Made by a program: the position numbers and the translations under genes. From the NCBI GenBank assembly GCA_036867785.1, contig CP145409.1:248001-312000 (forward strand): a stretch of 64,000 bases of DNA, read 5' to 3'. Source of the DNA: Plasmodiophora brassicae. Taxonomy: Eukaryota. Shown here piece by piece: positions 1 through 10,275 of this stretch. The notes below the pieces were generated by a model that had not been told where the DNA came from, ran no database searches, and saw only the letters and a program-made list of their open reading frames with translations. Each line of letters begins with the position of its first letter. The stretch's first letter is position 1.

Positions 1-281
1 CGTTCTCCGAAGACGACGACGACGACGACCTCATGACCATGGTTGAGGAATCGTCCGCCGATGATGACGATGCCCTTGCACTGGTGGCCGAGGAGCAGTA
101 CTCGGAAGACGACGACTTCGAGGTACTGGCCGAAGAGGAGGCCGGCGACGACGATGACGACGAGGAATTCCTGGCGCAGCAGGAGGACACGATGGAAGAT
201 GGCGAGGCGACTCCAGCGCCGACCGGCGGATGGTTTAACTGGTGGCCGTTCGGTCGCTCGAACGCGGAGGAGCACAACTGA
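1..281 (+). CDS. 3' end of a highly acidic low-complexity protein (5' truncated by window edge)
   Basis: Frame open from nt 3 to TGA at 279-281; D/E-rich with repeated 'LAEE' units, ending GGWFNWWPFGRSNAEEHN. Confidence 0.7.
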   Translation, partial: FSEDDDDDDLMTMVEESSADDDDALALVAEEQYSEDDDFEVLAEEEAGDDDDDEEFLAQQEDTMEDGEATPAPTGGWFNWWPFGRSNAEEHN

Positions 282-373
282 TTCCTGGCATATGCACCCG
301 ACATCCAGCTCACAGACGGTTTTGGTTTGCATTAAACGAATTTACTTTGGCTGGCGCCGCGCCTGCTCGTGCG

Positions 374-2167
374 CTACAGCGACCACATCTGCCTGACCTC
401 GTCGGGGCTCATTGCACGGGAGGCGCCCGCGTGAATCGCTAACGGGGCCGGATCGTCTGCAGCGTCACCCGGGGCAGGATCATGGTGTTCCTTTTCACCG
501 ACGGTGCCCAGCGAGCCTCCGATCACGGCCATCGGGTCGACATCCGCAAGGAACGCATCGGTCTGGTCGGAACCGACGCGAGCCTCCAGTGCATTGCAGA
601 GTAGGACGGCGCCCTGGCGAACAGCAGGGTGCTGATGCAGCAGGCACGCCCTGACGAACGGCATCACGATGGCGACGGGGACCTCTGCGGTGCCGAACTC
701 GCGCACGATCTCGTCCAAGGCCTGAAGTCGTCCCAGTCGCTGTCGCCAGTCGTCGCCAGAAGCGGTTAACGCGTTCAGGATCGCGGTCGGTCCAGCGTGC
801 CAGTGCTCGATCAAGGCGCGAATCGCGTCGCGTCGAACGTCAGGACACCCGTCGCTGGCCAGGTTGATGCAAACTGGCAGAACGACGTCGAGTGTCGCCT
901 GCCGGACGAGATGCAGAGCCATCCGACGAACGGGCCACGCCTTATCATGGGCTAGGAGACCAGCGATGCGATCCCTTCCGGCAACGACGACCTGGTCGTC
1001 GGGATAGTCGTCGATGATGGCACAGATTCGGGAGACGGCGTGTAATCGTCGTGATTGTGACGGGGACGCAAGGGCCGCCATCGTCGTCTGCTCGCCAAAC
1101 AGCTCAAACAGTGGGTGTACTTGATCCAGGTCTGGATCTGGTTGCCCATCGACATCATCCTTATCCAACGATGAGGCATCGATTCGCGGCGACGACGCCG
1201 ACGTCGGTTTGCCGGCGTGCTTGACCGGGGCCTCTGGCAGCAGATGACGAGGGTCTCTGCCATCGAGGTCGGCAACGGCACGCGTGGCACGTTCCAGAGC
1301 GCCGTTCAGGTCGGCAACGAAATCGCCAGGCGCATCGCCGGCCACCCTCGCCAGTCGACGTTCGCGTTCAACGACGCGTGCGTTGGACGCGATCTCGGCA
1401 ATCGTCGTCATGCAGACCGCGATGGCGCCGGCCTCAGCCTGCAGGCCGCGACCCAGGCACCGTTGACGTCGGCGCTGCAAGCGCTCCAGATGCTTCGTGC
1501 AGTAATCCGACAGTGCCTGGAACGGTCTGTCACCCGTCTCGTCCGCCAACAGCAGCAGGTCGCGATCGGCGACCAGGCCGACGTCGCACAGGATCCCATC
1601 TACCTTCTCGGATCGCCCTGCTCGACCAGGTTCGCCTCCGTCCGCCACCGTTGTACGTCGCGGGATGACGACTTCTCTGTCGTCGACCTCTACAGGGGCC
1701 GGAACGTGTCGCTTCCGCCCATGGACGCGCAGGGCGACGAGATGCACCTGGTTGTACGTGTTCGACTGGGCCTCGTGGCACCCGGCGACGGAGACGATGA
1801 GCCGATAACCGCAGGATGGAGACTCGAAGACGACGCGTCGTTGTTGCCGCCGGCCGATGGGTTCGAATTCGACCACGCCGATCCGTCGACGACGCCGGCC
1901 GTCGAACAGCACAACGGCGGTGGGCGTTGCGTTCGCAGCGACCACGATATCGATCCGGTCGACGATGGTGGGCCCGGGCAGGTCAACGGTCAGGTCGGCC
2001 GGCCATCGCGCGTACCTCGCCGAACGCCAGCGCGATTCCGTCGTCCAGTCAGACGCGTCGTTCAGGCGATGCGGGACGATGGGCGACGCGTCGCGACCGT
2101 CCAGCATTCCCCCACTCCCTGGACCGAGATACGAAGCGCGGGATCGTTCCGCCGGTGGAAATCTCAT
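374..2167 (-). CDS. CEP104: CEP104-like ciliary protein (N-terminal jelly-roll, coiled coil, TOG/HEAT domain)
   Basis: WRSARYARWPADLTVDL...RRIGVVEF...NTYNQVHLVALRVHG resembles the CEP104 N-terminal domain (WxSxRF...NxYNQVALVAI); HEAT-like repeats follow (DVRRDA, DWRQRLGRL, HPAVRQGA). Start uncertain: in-frame ATGs at 2479, about 2311, 2167 and about 2107. Confidence 0.65.
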   Translation of the reverse strand: MRFPPAERSRASYLGPGSGGMLDGRDASPIVPHRLNDASDWTTESRWRSARYARWPADLTVDLPGPTIVDRIDIVVAANATPTAVVLFDGRRRRRIGVVEFEPIGRRQQRRVVFESPSCGYRLIVSVAGCHEAQSNTYNQVHLVALRVHGRKRHVPAPVEVDDREVVIPRRTTVADGGEPGRAGRSEKVDGILCDVGLVADRDLLLLADETGDRPFQALSDYCTKHLERLQRRRQRCLGRGLQAEAGAIAVCMTTIAEIASNARVVERERRLARVAGDAPGDFVADLNGALERATRAVADLDGRDPRHLLPEAPVKHAGKPTSASSPRIDASSLDKDDVDGQPDPDLDQVHPLFELFGEQTTMAALASPSQSRRLHAVSRICAIIDDYPDDQVVVAGRDRIAGLLAHDKAWPVRRMALHLVRQATLDVVLPVCINLASDGCPDVRRDAIRALIEHWHAGPTAILNALTASGDDWRQRLGRLQALDEIVREFGTAEVPVAIVMPFVRACLLHQHPAVRQGAVLLCNALEARVGSDQTDAFLADVDPMAVIGGSLGTVGEKEHHDPAPGDAADDPAPLAIHAGASRAMSPDEVRQMWSL

Positions 2168-2595
2168 GTACTGTTCTGGGCGGGTCCAACGTTCTCCTGG
2201 TTCTGGCGTTGCCGCTTGCGACGTTCGGCGCGGGCGGCGGCTTCCTTGGCGAGGCGCTCCTTGTCGAAATCCTTGAACAGGAGGACGTACTCGTCCGAGG
2301 TCAGTCGACATCGGTGGCCGCGATCGGTGCTGCCGCAGACGACGATCTCGCCGTTCGCCGCCAGCGCCCTGCTCCTGCAGGGCGGCGCCGCCGCCGCTGA
2401 CGATTTCGTCGACGCCGACGCGTGCTTCTCGATGGCGCGTCGCTCGCGTTCGCGGGCCGCCTGCGGATCGCTGGCCCATAGCTCTTGCAACGACGGCGCG
2501 CGACCGGACGCTAACAAGTCCAAGGCCTCGACGAGGTCGGCGCGAATCTGCCTCAGCAGAGCTGCCCTGGGAGCGTCAGCGATGCGCGTGGGCAT
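2164..2595 (-). CDS. Hypothetical 143-aa protein with a C-C-H-C cluster and a basic coiled-coil tail
   Basis: ATG-initiated ORF with protein-like composition (LLRQIRADLVEALDLL...EYVLLFKDFDKERLAKE); its TGA overlaps the 2167 ATG of the CEP104-like frame (ATGA). Confidence 0.55.
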   Translation of the reverse strand: MPTRIADAPRAALLRQIRADLVEALDLLASGRAPSLQELWASDPQAARERERRAIEKHASASTKSSAAAAPPCRSRALAANGEIVVCGSTDRGHRCRLTSDEYVLLFKDFDKERLAKEAAARAERRKRQRQNQENVGPAQNST

Positions 2596-2859
2596 TACGA
2601 GTAGGAAGGCGTCGGACCGTCGTCGACAGGGGCGGTCGCATTCGCGACCCGGCGCAGGGCGCGTTCGAGAACGGGGCGGACGACGTCCGCGTCCGACATG
2701 TCGCGAATGGCGCCTCTCACCGGACCTCGCCTGGGGACGATGACGAACCCCGTTTCTTGTGTGTTGCTACTCGCGTTATCATAGACAGAGACGGATGGAT
2801 CCGGTGTTAGAGTATGGGACGAGGATGTATTGGATAATGTGTTTCACAGATGACCGATT

Positions 2860-3257
2860 CTAGAAGCCGTGTACCTTGACTTCGGTTCTGGAGCAGATCT
2901 TGTAGTTGGTCAGGAAATCGAGGACGTTCTTGCGCTGGTCGCCCTGCAACTGGATGACCTGCCCCATCTCCGTATCAGTGACGATGGTGCCGTTCGTGGA
3001 GTACGTCTTCTTCAGCGCCTACAGCGAGCGGGATCGTCAGCACACGACCGAAGGGTGGAGACAGCAGGCCAGACGCGTACCTTTAGGATCTTCTTCAGGT
3101 CGAGGTCGCTGGCCAATCCCTGGACAGTGGTGAGACTCTTCCTGCCGTTTCTCTGCTGGATCCGAATGTGGACGTAGTTGCCGTGCTCATGCGTCTCGTC
3201 CTTGCCGTCGGTGAGCAGGTCGGTGTTCGCGAACACGATGTTGGTGAGGTTCGACAT
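2860..3257 (-). CDS. SUI1: Translation initiation factor eIF1 (SUI1), 2 exons
   Basis: YVHIRIQQRNGRKSLTTVQGL | ALKKTYSTNGTIV...IQLQGDQRKNV...KVHGF*; GT-AG intron 3019-3080. Confidence 0.97.
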
Positions 3258-3838
3258 GGCCGCGAGGCACAGGTTGGACAAATGACGACCGCACACGTCA
3301 AACGATCACGACGACCAGTCAGGCCACTGGACAAAGTCCGCGGTAAGTCCGTGAAAATCTGCCCATCCCGAGTTACTTCCCGACCCAGTCCCCGTCCCAC
3401 TCCCACTCCCAGGGTCAGGCAGGAACGACCCGGTCGTATCCGATCTGGATATATGGCCACCTTATGCTTGCGCCAGTGGTTAGGCCTATACTCTGCAGCA
3501 CTGCGCTAGAAGACATGCCCACCGACTCTATACGCGAGTCGGGACCACGAAGGGTATGACGTGCAGTGGCGCAGCAGGACAACGCGATTCGGGAAACGTT
3601 CACGTGAGCATAGCGTATGGGTGGATGCAATAATGCAAAATTCGTGGAGCATCTGTCGGCTGTCCAGTTTTGGCTCCGGTTCCGGGTGGCCGCTGAGGGA
3701 CCCGAGACGCCTTTACAGTGGCTGTGCGGCACGGTACGCGCATTTGTGCTTAGCCCGTGACCGTCCTAAACATACGAACGGTCGAGAGCCGCCCGTGCCG
3801 CCCGTCGCCGACGCCACATCCGTTCCGCCGTCGTACCC

Positions 3839-4572
3839 ATGACGTCGCCCAGCAGCAAGCGCCGCGACATGGATGTCATGCGACTGTACGTCCGCTGGGG
3901 GATCCACGGCCTCCCCGCACCGTTAATCCATCGTGCAACAGGATGATGTCCGATTATGAAGTCCATCTGTCGAATGAAGACTCCTCGTCCGATTTCTACG
4001 TTATATTGCATGGCCCGTCAGACAGCCCGTACACCGGAGGCACGTGGAAGATCCATGTGACGTTGCCGACCGAGTACCCGTACAAGTCGCCATCGATCGG
4101 GTTCTGCAACAAAGTGTTCCATCCGAACGTCGACGTTAAATCGGGATCCGTCTGCGTCGACGTCCTCAATCAGACCTGGAGCCCCATGTTTGGTAATGAT
4201 TGTCATTCGTATTCCTGCGAACTTGCCGCCAACCGAGTCTGTCCAGATCTCGTCAATATCTTCAGTGTGTTCCTACCTCAGCTTCTAATGTACCCGAATG
4301 CGCACGATCCGTTAAATGGGGAGGCAGGCGCGCTATACATCCAGGACAGAGAGGCATATCACAAGCGTGTCAGGTGGGGCTCCGTACACTCTGGTCTCCG
4401 ATATTGCTTGCCTCATCATTGCAACAGGGAATTCGTTGAAAAGTACGCAATGGAGAAACCGAAACTGGGGGATTCATCACCGAAACAGGAACCGGTACCG
4501 GGACCGATGGTGACGGTTGCGTCCGACGAGGAGTTTTCCGATGTCGAAAACGATCTCGAGATGGAGTTATAA
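3839..4572 (+). CDS. UBC8: Ubiquitin-conjugating enzyme E2, UBC8/UBE2H family, multi-exon
   Basis: [16 protein letters not shown] | MMSDYEV...[10 protein letters not shown]...[25 protein letters not shown] | [25 protein letters not shown]; catalytic Cys present; acidic tail; three short introns. Confidence 0.93.
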
Positions 4573-4807
4573 TCTGCAGTGCAACCAGCAGCCTAAGTAT
4601 TCGGATGCCGACGTTTCCTGAACCCACGTCATGGTCTCAACTTGTACATGAGGACGTTTCAAACCCATCATATTCCATAAAACTGTTCCTTTGCACAATC
4701 GACAGAGTTCCTTGTCTAAGTGGCACGAATGGTGTCGTCTATGCGTACAGTATAATGAAGCTAGTTCCGGCAGTGCAGTAAACATTTAACGAAACGCTGT
4801 ACAGTTA

Positions 4808-5853
4808 TCACAGGTCAGGTGCTGGGGCAGAGCTATGTCGAGAATGCAGCGAGTTCTGCCTCGATTTCTTGTGAGCCGTTCCGGCGTCGCGGGCAACGTC
4901 TGTGTCCATTGTTCTGGTACGCCTCCGCTTTGCACCAAGCTCGCTTTTTGTACACTCTTCGTTTATCTGGAAACACAGCGGCGCGTCACGTCAGCTTCCC
5001 TGTGTAATAAAGATACAGCACCTACGTCTACATTGTTGTCTGGAAGCACATTCTCGCCGTCTTGGGGGTTTTCGGAATCCTCACCTCTAGTGTCGCTGGA
5101 CACGGGTTTACGCCGCGGGGGTCGCAAGGGTCCCAACTCGTTGGCACATACTTCTTCAATCTCCTGACAGGTCTCCTTCCATTCTCGCGTGCTCGCATTG
5201 CATATCTTCATCAGCTGCTTCATATCAATCTTCGCTTTTCGTCGCTTGGCGCAAACGTAGAACGTCGCGGCAGTATCGATTGGACTGGACTCGGAGCTGG
5301 GCTCGGCCGCGTCTTCCCCAGAGCTGCAGTACGACCAATGAGACACTCACTTCTAAAGGTTATAAGCATCGCAATATCCACAGTACATACTGGGCACGGA
5401 AAGCTCGCAGGACACTGTCGGCGAATTCGATGATGCTGACGCACCCGAATTTGACAGCAAGCGAGTTCAACGTCAGCGTGTTGGGGACGTTCAGCTGTCC
5501 ACGCAACAGCTCGTACGTTCGACGGTACACCTTATCGCTCACCCCTGTCGACGGGAGAACCGTCACTCGCCGAGGTGTGACATCACAGAATCGCGTCACC
5601 AACCAGAGTACCGCACAGCCAGAGTGTCAGGGAACGGATAATCGTATCTGAAGGACAGTGAGCAACAGCAGCAGGTGAGCGGCGGGGACCCCTACAGAGT
5701 CGATGCCAGATGAAGGCAGACGACATTCCGGCAGATTTCGGCGTCGCCGAGATTCCGGACCCGCATTTTCGACACGCGAACGTATTCGGCCGCCTTGGAG
5801 GACAGCGCGTCGTTCGAAATGCCCAGCTCGTCGACCAAGACCGATAAGTCCAT
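4808..5853 (-). CDS. ORC6: Origin recognition complex subunit 6, multi-exon
   Basis: MDLSVLVDELGI...SKAAEYVR...EICRNVVCLHLAS; YRRTYELLRGQL...LAVKFGC; AATFYVCAKRRKAKID match the ORC6 TFIIB-like repeats; last exon and 3' end approximate. Confidence 0.8.
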
Positions 5854-6217
5854 CGTCGAGCAATGCCAACGGCGGACACCGCGCGGTGCGGAATACCTAC
5901 CTACCGATATGGACCTTGGTGGCGGCCACATGGCTGGATGACGTGAACGGCGCTCTCTAATCAGGCGACGGAATCATCGTGTCGCGCAATGCCCATGTTC
6001 CGAGTCACCGTGTTCCGAGATCCTGTCTGTCAGGTCTTGTACCATTTGCTGCAGGGCAGCGCGTCGAGGAACGCGCCATCGCCGTCAATATCGTTGTCGT
6101 TGCTGCCTGATTTGTGCCGTCAGCTCCGGTCATCGCGACCATCGCCATGCCAACGACGTGTGTGCATTTCCACATGCGTACTGAGATCTGCGGTCATAGT
6201 GACGCAGGCCAGGAACG

Positions 6218-6410
6218 AGGGCGTTACTATCGATGGCTGCAGTGAACGATCTGGAGACATACCTGCTGGACACTGAGACGGGTTTCCAGCATCAGGATGT
6301 ACGCGATGAGTGTACAGCTCCCCGCGTACATCCTGATGCTGGAAACTCGTCTCAGTGTCCAACTGGTATGTCTCCAGATCGTTCACGGCAGCCATTGATA
6401 GTAACGCCCT
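6218..6410. repeat. 88-bp near-perfect inverted repeat (hairpin) with 17-nt loop, derived from Copia RT
   Basis: Arm 6218-6305 is the reverse complement of arm 6323-6410 with 5 differences. Confidence 0.95.
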
Positions 6411-6675
6411 TTGCGTTGTCGTTCGACGCCACAGGCATATAGAGACCGTTCCTGGTACTTGTGTAAACCCTCGTGTGATATAGCGAGCTTTGTAACGGGA
6501 GGGGTTTCCGTCTAAGTTTGAACACCCAGCGACCGTCGATAACCGTCCGTTCGGCTGGTCTGGGAAACAGCTCCCAAGTTCGGTTCTTGTTCAGGCTTCG
6601 CAACTCGTCTTCATTCGCGGCTTGCCACTTTTCTGCATCCGCCGATTCCAGCGCCTCGCGCGTCGTCGGGACTTG
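6300..6675 (-). mobile_element. Degenerate Ty1/Copia LTR-retrotransposon reverse-transcriptase fragment
   Basis: Minus-strand translation PTTREALESADAEKWQAANEDELRSLNKNRTWELFPRP..VIDGRWVFKL, then a frameshift, then YKARYITRGFTQVPG...RALLSMAAVNDLETYQLDTETSFQHQDVRGELY; this is the Copia RT N-terminus (RVT_2). Confidence 0.85.
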
Positions 6676-6868
6676 TTACGTCGTGCAATTCAATCCAAGC
6701 TGTCGCTGAGAAACGACATTGCGAAAGCATTCAATCAGACTGGAGATCTGTTCAGCTCTATGCACTGAGCCCGTTCATCTGGGGGCAGAGCACGCGAATC
6801 GCTCCCAGATTTTCTGGATTGGGCAAACGAAATGAAATAACACTTTAATGGACAAATTGGACGGGCGA

Positions 6869-7535
6869 TTAGCTCCGGGCGGCTTCCCTGAAAACGGCAA
6901 GGGTTGCATTACGATCATTGATTCTCTCGGTCACCCGTCTTCGTAGGTCGGCATTGGACGTTTCAATAGCCTCGACCTGCGTTCGCAACTCAGCGACGGC
7001 GTTGGACTTGACGTTAATACGCGCGCTGGTGACAAGCGACGCTACAGATTCGGGCAACGGAGCCGATCTACAACGCAACCGTCAGAAATACGCCCAGAAG
7101 GACGACACGGCGGTAACGAACACGCGGCGGCCATCCATCCGAACAGGTTGAACTTCCTCCAGCCGGTCCAATTTCTGCAGTTTGGAAGGCAACGAGCATG
7201 ATGTTACGATGTGTTCGATCTCGCACTGCAGTACAACATGTTCATTCTGGGTTACAAAGGAGCCCATCGCTCCCATCTACCTTAACGTTGTCGTGAACGG
7301 CACGAAGCATATGAGTTGTCAGGTTGCGGAGCAGCGTTGAGTCGCCCAGAGTGTCGTCGCCTTCCTTGGCGACGACAACGGGTTCCGGTGCGAACGACTC
7401 TGTCAGTGCGCGATCCAGCAACGCCTGGAACCGCGTCGCTCGTCGCGAAACGCACCCGCCCTCGTCGTTACCGGCATCAACGTGGACGGCATCGCCCATC
7501 GCTGCGCCATCCCCGACGTTCCGTTCGATTTCCAT
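6869..7535 (-). CDS. Putative Nnf1/PMF1-like (Mis12 complex) kinetochore protein, multi-exon
   Basis: SRRATRFQALLDRAL...MLRAVHDNVK | CEIEHIVTSCSLPSKLQKLDRL | C-terminal coiled coil (AELRTQVEAIETSNADLRRRV); architecture resembles Nnf1. Confidence 0.5.
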
Positions 7536-7828
7536 CACGCGGACGCCAACCCGATCCTGTGACGAAACTCTCTGGTTGGGACACCGAAGACTGCGCGCCG
7601 CCGGGAGACCGGGGCATCGCTTGGCCGGCCTTGTCGCTTGCGACAAATCGTGCTCAACGGAAGCTTTCCATGTCAGGCGAGTGCAAGAGCCTGTCCTATG
7701 AGCGCGCATTTGTGCATGACTGGTGCAATGTGGACTGACTTTTCATATTGCCTGACAAGGGCAAGAATGCGCAGCTTGAGGTTGTCATTTTGCAATACAG
7801 GAAGACCAGCAATGCCCCCAACGGATTC

Positions 7829-7900
7829 GGGTCGATAGCTCAGCGGTAGAGCGGAGGATTGCAGATCCTCAGGTCGCGCGTTCGATCCGCGCTCGGCCCT
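7829..7900 (+). tRNA. tRNA-Cys (GCA)
   Basis: 72-nt cloverleaf GGGTCGA...TCGGCCC-T; anticodon arm GAGGA-TTGCAGA-TCCTC; T-loop TTCGATC; followed by a T-run Pol III terminator. Confidence 0.97.
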
Positions 7901-8204
7901 TTTTTGGCACTGCGAATGTGGTCCTTCACTCCGCCAAGGATTCGTGACGGAATGAAGGTACGTACATAGTAGCTCTTCTAATAATTGTCTATTGTATTCC
8001 CTTTTGCACTGCCCTCGGTCACACACTGTAGATAACGGCTCCGAAAGCCAGCAACTAGTATTAGAGAATGATGAATTGAACAGGAGCCGAAGTTGGACTC
8101 TGGCTCGTTACCGCGCAGATCGATCCAGATATTTTCAATCACATCAACGAACCGTCAGAATTTCATTCGTACTCCTTTAAACACAATCAATCGCGTAGAC
8201 GAAC

Positions 8205-8328
8205 AACCTCTTGTGAGCGAACGAACTCACGTGAGTGCGGCGGGACCACGTGAATTCGTTCGCTCACAAGAGGTTACGGGACCATAACCTATTGGGAGCG
8301 AACGGACTCCCGCGAGTGCGGCTGGGAT
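8205..8328. repeat. 29-bp hairpin (8205-8275) plus a diverged direct copy of its left arm (8286-8328)
   Basis: AACCTCTTGTGAGCGAACGAACTCACGTG pairs with CACGTGAATTCGTTCGCTCACAAGAGGTT (1 mismatch, 13-nt loop); AACCTATTGGGAGCGAACGGACTCCCGCGAGTGCGG is a decayed third copy. Confidence 0.9.
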
Positions 8329-8409
8329 CTGACCGCCTTACAGAAGGTGCCTTCATTTCGTCACGAATCCTTGGCGGAGTGAAGGACCACATTCGCAGTG
8401 CCAAAAAAA

Positions 8410-8481
8410 AGGGCCGAGCGCGGATCGAACGCGCGACCTGAGGATCTGCAATCCTCCGCTCTACCGCTGAGCTATCGACCC
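8410..8481 (-). tRNA. tRNA-Cys (GCA)
   Basis: Reverse complement identical to 7829-7900; A8 run at 8403-8410 gives the terminator. Confidence 0.97.
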
Positions 8482-8667
8482 GATGACTGGAATTGTCGCA
8501 CCTGAGGACCACATGACTTTGATAGCGATCATGGCGCTCAACAACATGGACGCTGCACATGGCATAATTTTGAAAGCGGTCCATGGCGCTCAACAACATT
8601 GTCCATTGACGTCGCAGAACTGCACCAAGTAGAGTACCAGTAAAATTTATCGTTATCCAGGACAAAA

Positions 8668-8739
8668 AGGGCCGAGCGCGGATCGAACGCGCGACCTGAG
8701 GATCTGCAATCCTCCGCTCTACCGCTGAGCTATCGACCC
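8668..8739 (-). tRNA. tRNA-Cys (GCA)
   Basis: Third identical copy; A5 run at 8664-8668 gives the terminator. Confidence 0.97.
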
Positions 8740-9049
8740 AATGACGATCGCTTACAAGCGGCGTTGTTCAATTCAACCAATTTATCTTGCTTGTAAGTTT
8801 TCGTGATGCCCCGATGACAACGTACATCATTGCCAGGCACTCGATTCAAAAAGAAAGTCGTCGGACGTCCGAGTAGTGCTTGGCAAGACTGGCGTCCCTA
8901 ATCAGTTCAATAGTGGCATTTCCCGAAGACGGGCTTCCCTTCTGAACAATGTGCCGAGCTGAACCTTCCCAACGTCGACAGGTGAAACCACTGGTTTCGA
9001 AACTGTCATGCTTCGCTCCCGCGAACAAAAGCCTAAAATCGTACATGGT

Positions 9050-10100
9050 TTATGCTTCCATGACAGTGTGGACTCTCCCTGTGTGGCGCCTCAAGTACGT
9101 CTTGGTCCGGAATGTCTTGTCGCAAAGGGTGCACTCGTATGGTTTCTTGTCGTCGTGAGTGCGGACATGAGCCTTCAGGTTCGGTAGTGTTGTGAACCTT
9201 CGAGGGCACTGATTGCATTCATAAAGACGTTCGCCATTGTGCATTCTGCAGCGAGGATATCAGACGGACACAGTGACCTGCAGGACAGTGACGCGAACGA
9301 ACCGCATATGTGTCTCCAAGCGCTGCGCTGTCAGGAACCGACGGCCGCATTCCTCGCACGGAAATGGCAGGTCTGAGCCGGAATGCATAGCCTTGACATG
9401 CAGCCCGACAGTCTCCGACCGTGCAAAGGCTTGCCCACACTCGGGGCACTTGAACGGCTTCTCACCCGTATGCGTCCCTGATCGTTACATATCAGACAGC
9501 AACGCCCTGCACAGTCAACGAGCAACGTACGCATATGCACTTTCAGGGTCCCTCGCAGAGAGAACTTTCCGTCGCACACGGGGCACTGGTGCGACATTTC
9601 GCCAGTGTGCACTTTCCTGGTCGTTGGACAATGGGTGAATACAGACGAGAATCGACATTAGGACCTCCCGACGCACCCGTGGTCGTTTAGGCCACATCGC
9701 GTGACGAACTCTTTCGGGCACAGTGTGCACTTGAACCGTCTATCATCGTTATGGAACCGCATGTGAACATTCAGCGCCTACGAACACCCACTGAGACGTT
9801 CTGCAATGCCACACGGCAACATCCGCTGACCGATTTTGTGGTAAACGCCTTTGTGCACACTTGGCAGCTATATGGGCGCTCGCCCGTATGAATACGCTCA
9901 TGGTTCTGGCGCTGACTCGACGTCAGGAACGTCTTCTTGCAGTACCGGCATCCGAACGGCCTCTCCCCGGTATGCAACCGCCTGTGCACCTTCAGCGTCG
10001 ACGACGCCGTGAACGACTTCCCGCACTCATCGCACACCCACGCCTTCGGACGCGGCGCCGGCGTCGCGTCCGACCCGTCACCGCCCTCGCCGTCCGACAT
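9050..10100 (-). CDS. Multi-C2H2 zinc-finger protein, multi-exon
   Basis: Repeated CxxC...HxxxH fingers with HTGERPF/Y linkers across ORFs 9771-10145, 9331-9612 and 9050-9244, joined by short GT-AG introns; start MSDGEGG. Confidence 0.9.
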
Positions 10101-10275
10101 CGATCGCACAACGCGAACAATGCTACTCTGAGCTGCACACTCCACGGACTTTCTCCAGTACGGCCATTTCCTGGACCGTCGTGGCGCCCCTCATCAGCAG
10201 GAGCACTGGTGACTGCTTTGCATGCTGGGCTTTATGGTACACAGTTCGAGGGTTTCGTCGGTTAAGTTATGACGA

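Noticed and set aside
1217-2743. 508-aa plus-strand ORF and many other long antisense ORFs (e.g. 13785-14963, 14765-15805, 46869-47858)
   Set aside because: Shadow ORFs opposite real genes; expected in GC-rich DNA with codon bias, and no recognisable motifs
3757-3838. N-terminal extension of UBC8 given by the ORF track
   Set aside because: The conserved start [16 protein letters not shown] is in another frame at 3839 and is joined by an intron
4567-4785. 72-aa Cys/His-rich ORF between UBC8 and ORC6
   Set aside because: Lies in the convergent 3' UTR region, AT-richer, with no motif support
6120-6442. Two 'paralogous' small ORFs starting MAAVNDLETY on opposite strands
   Set aside because: They are the two arms of the Copia-derived hairpin, not genes
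8530-8599. 18-bp direct repeat CATGGCGCTCAACAACAT between tRNA 2 and tRNA 3
   Set aside because: Real but short; no structure or function can be supported
7829-8739. Possible suppressor or selenocysteine tRNAs
   Set aside because: All three have a GCA anticodon, standard 72-nt length and a short variable loop
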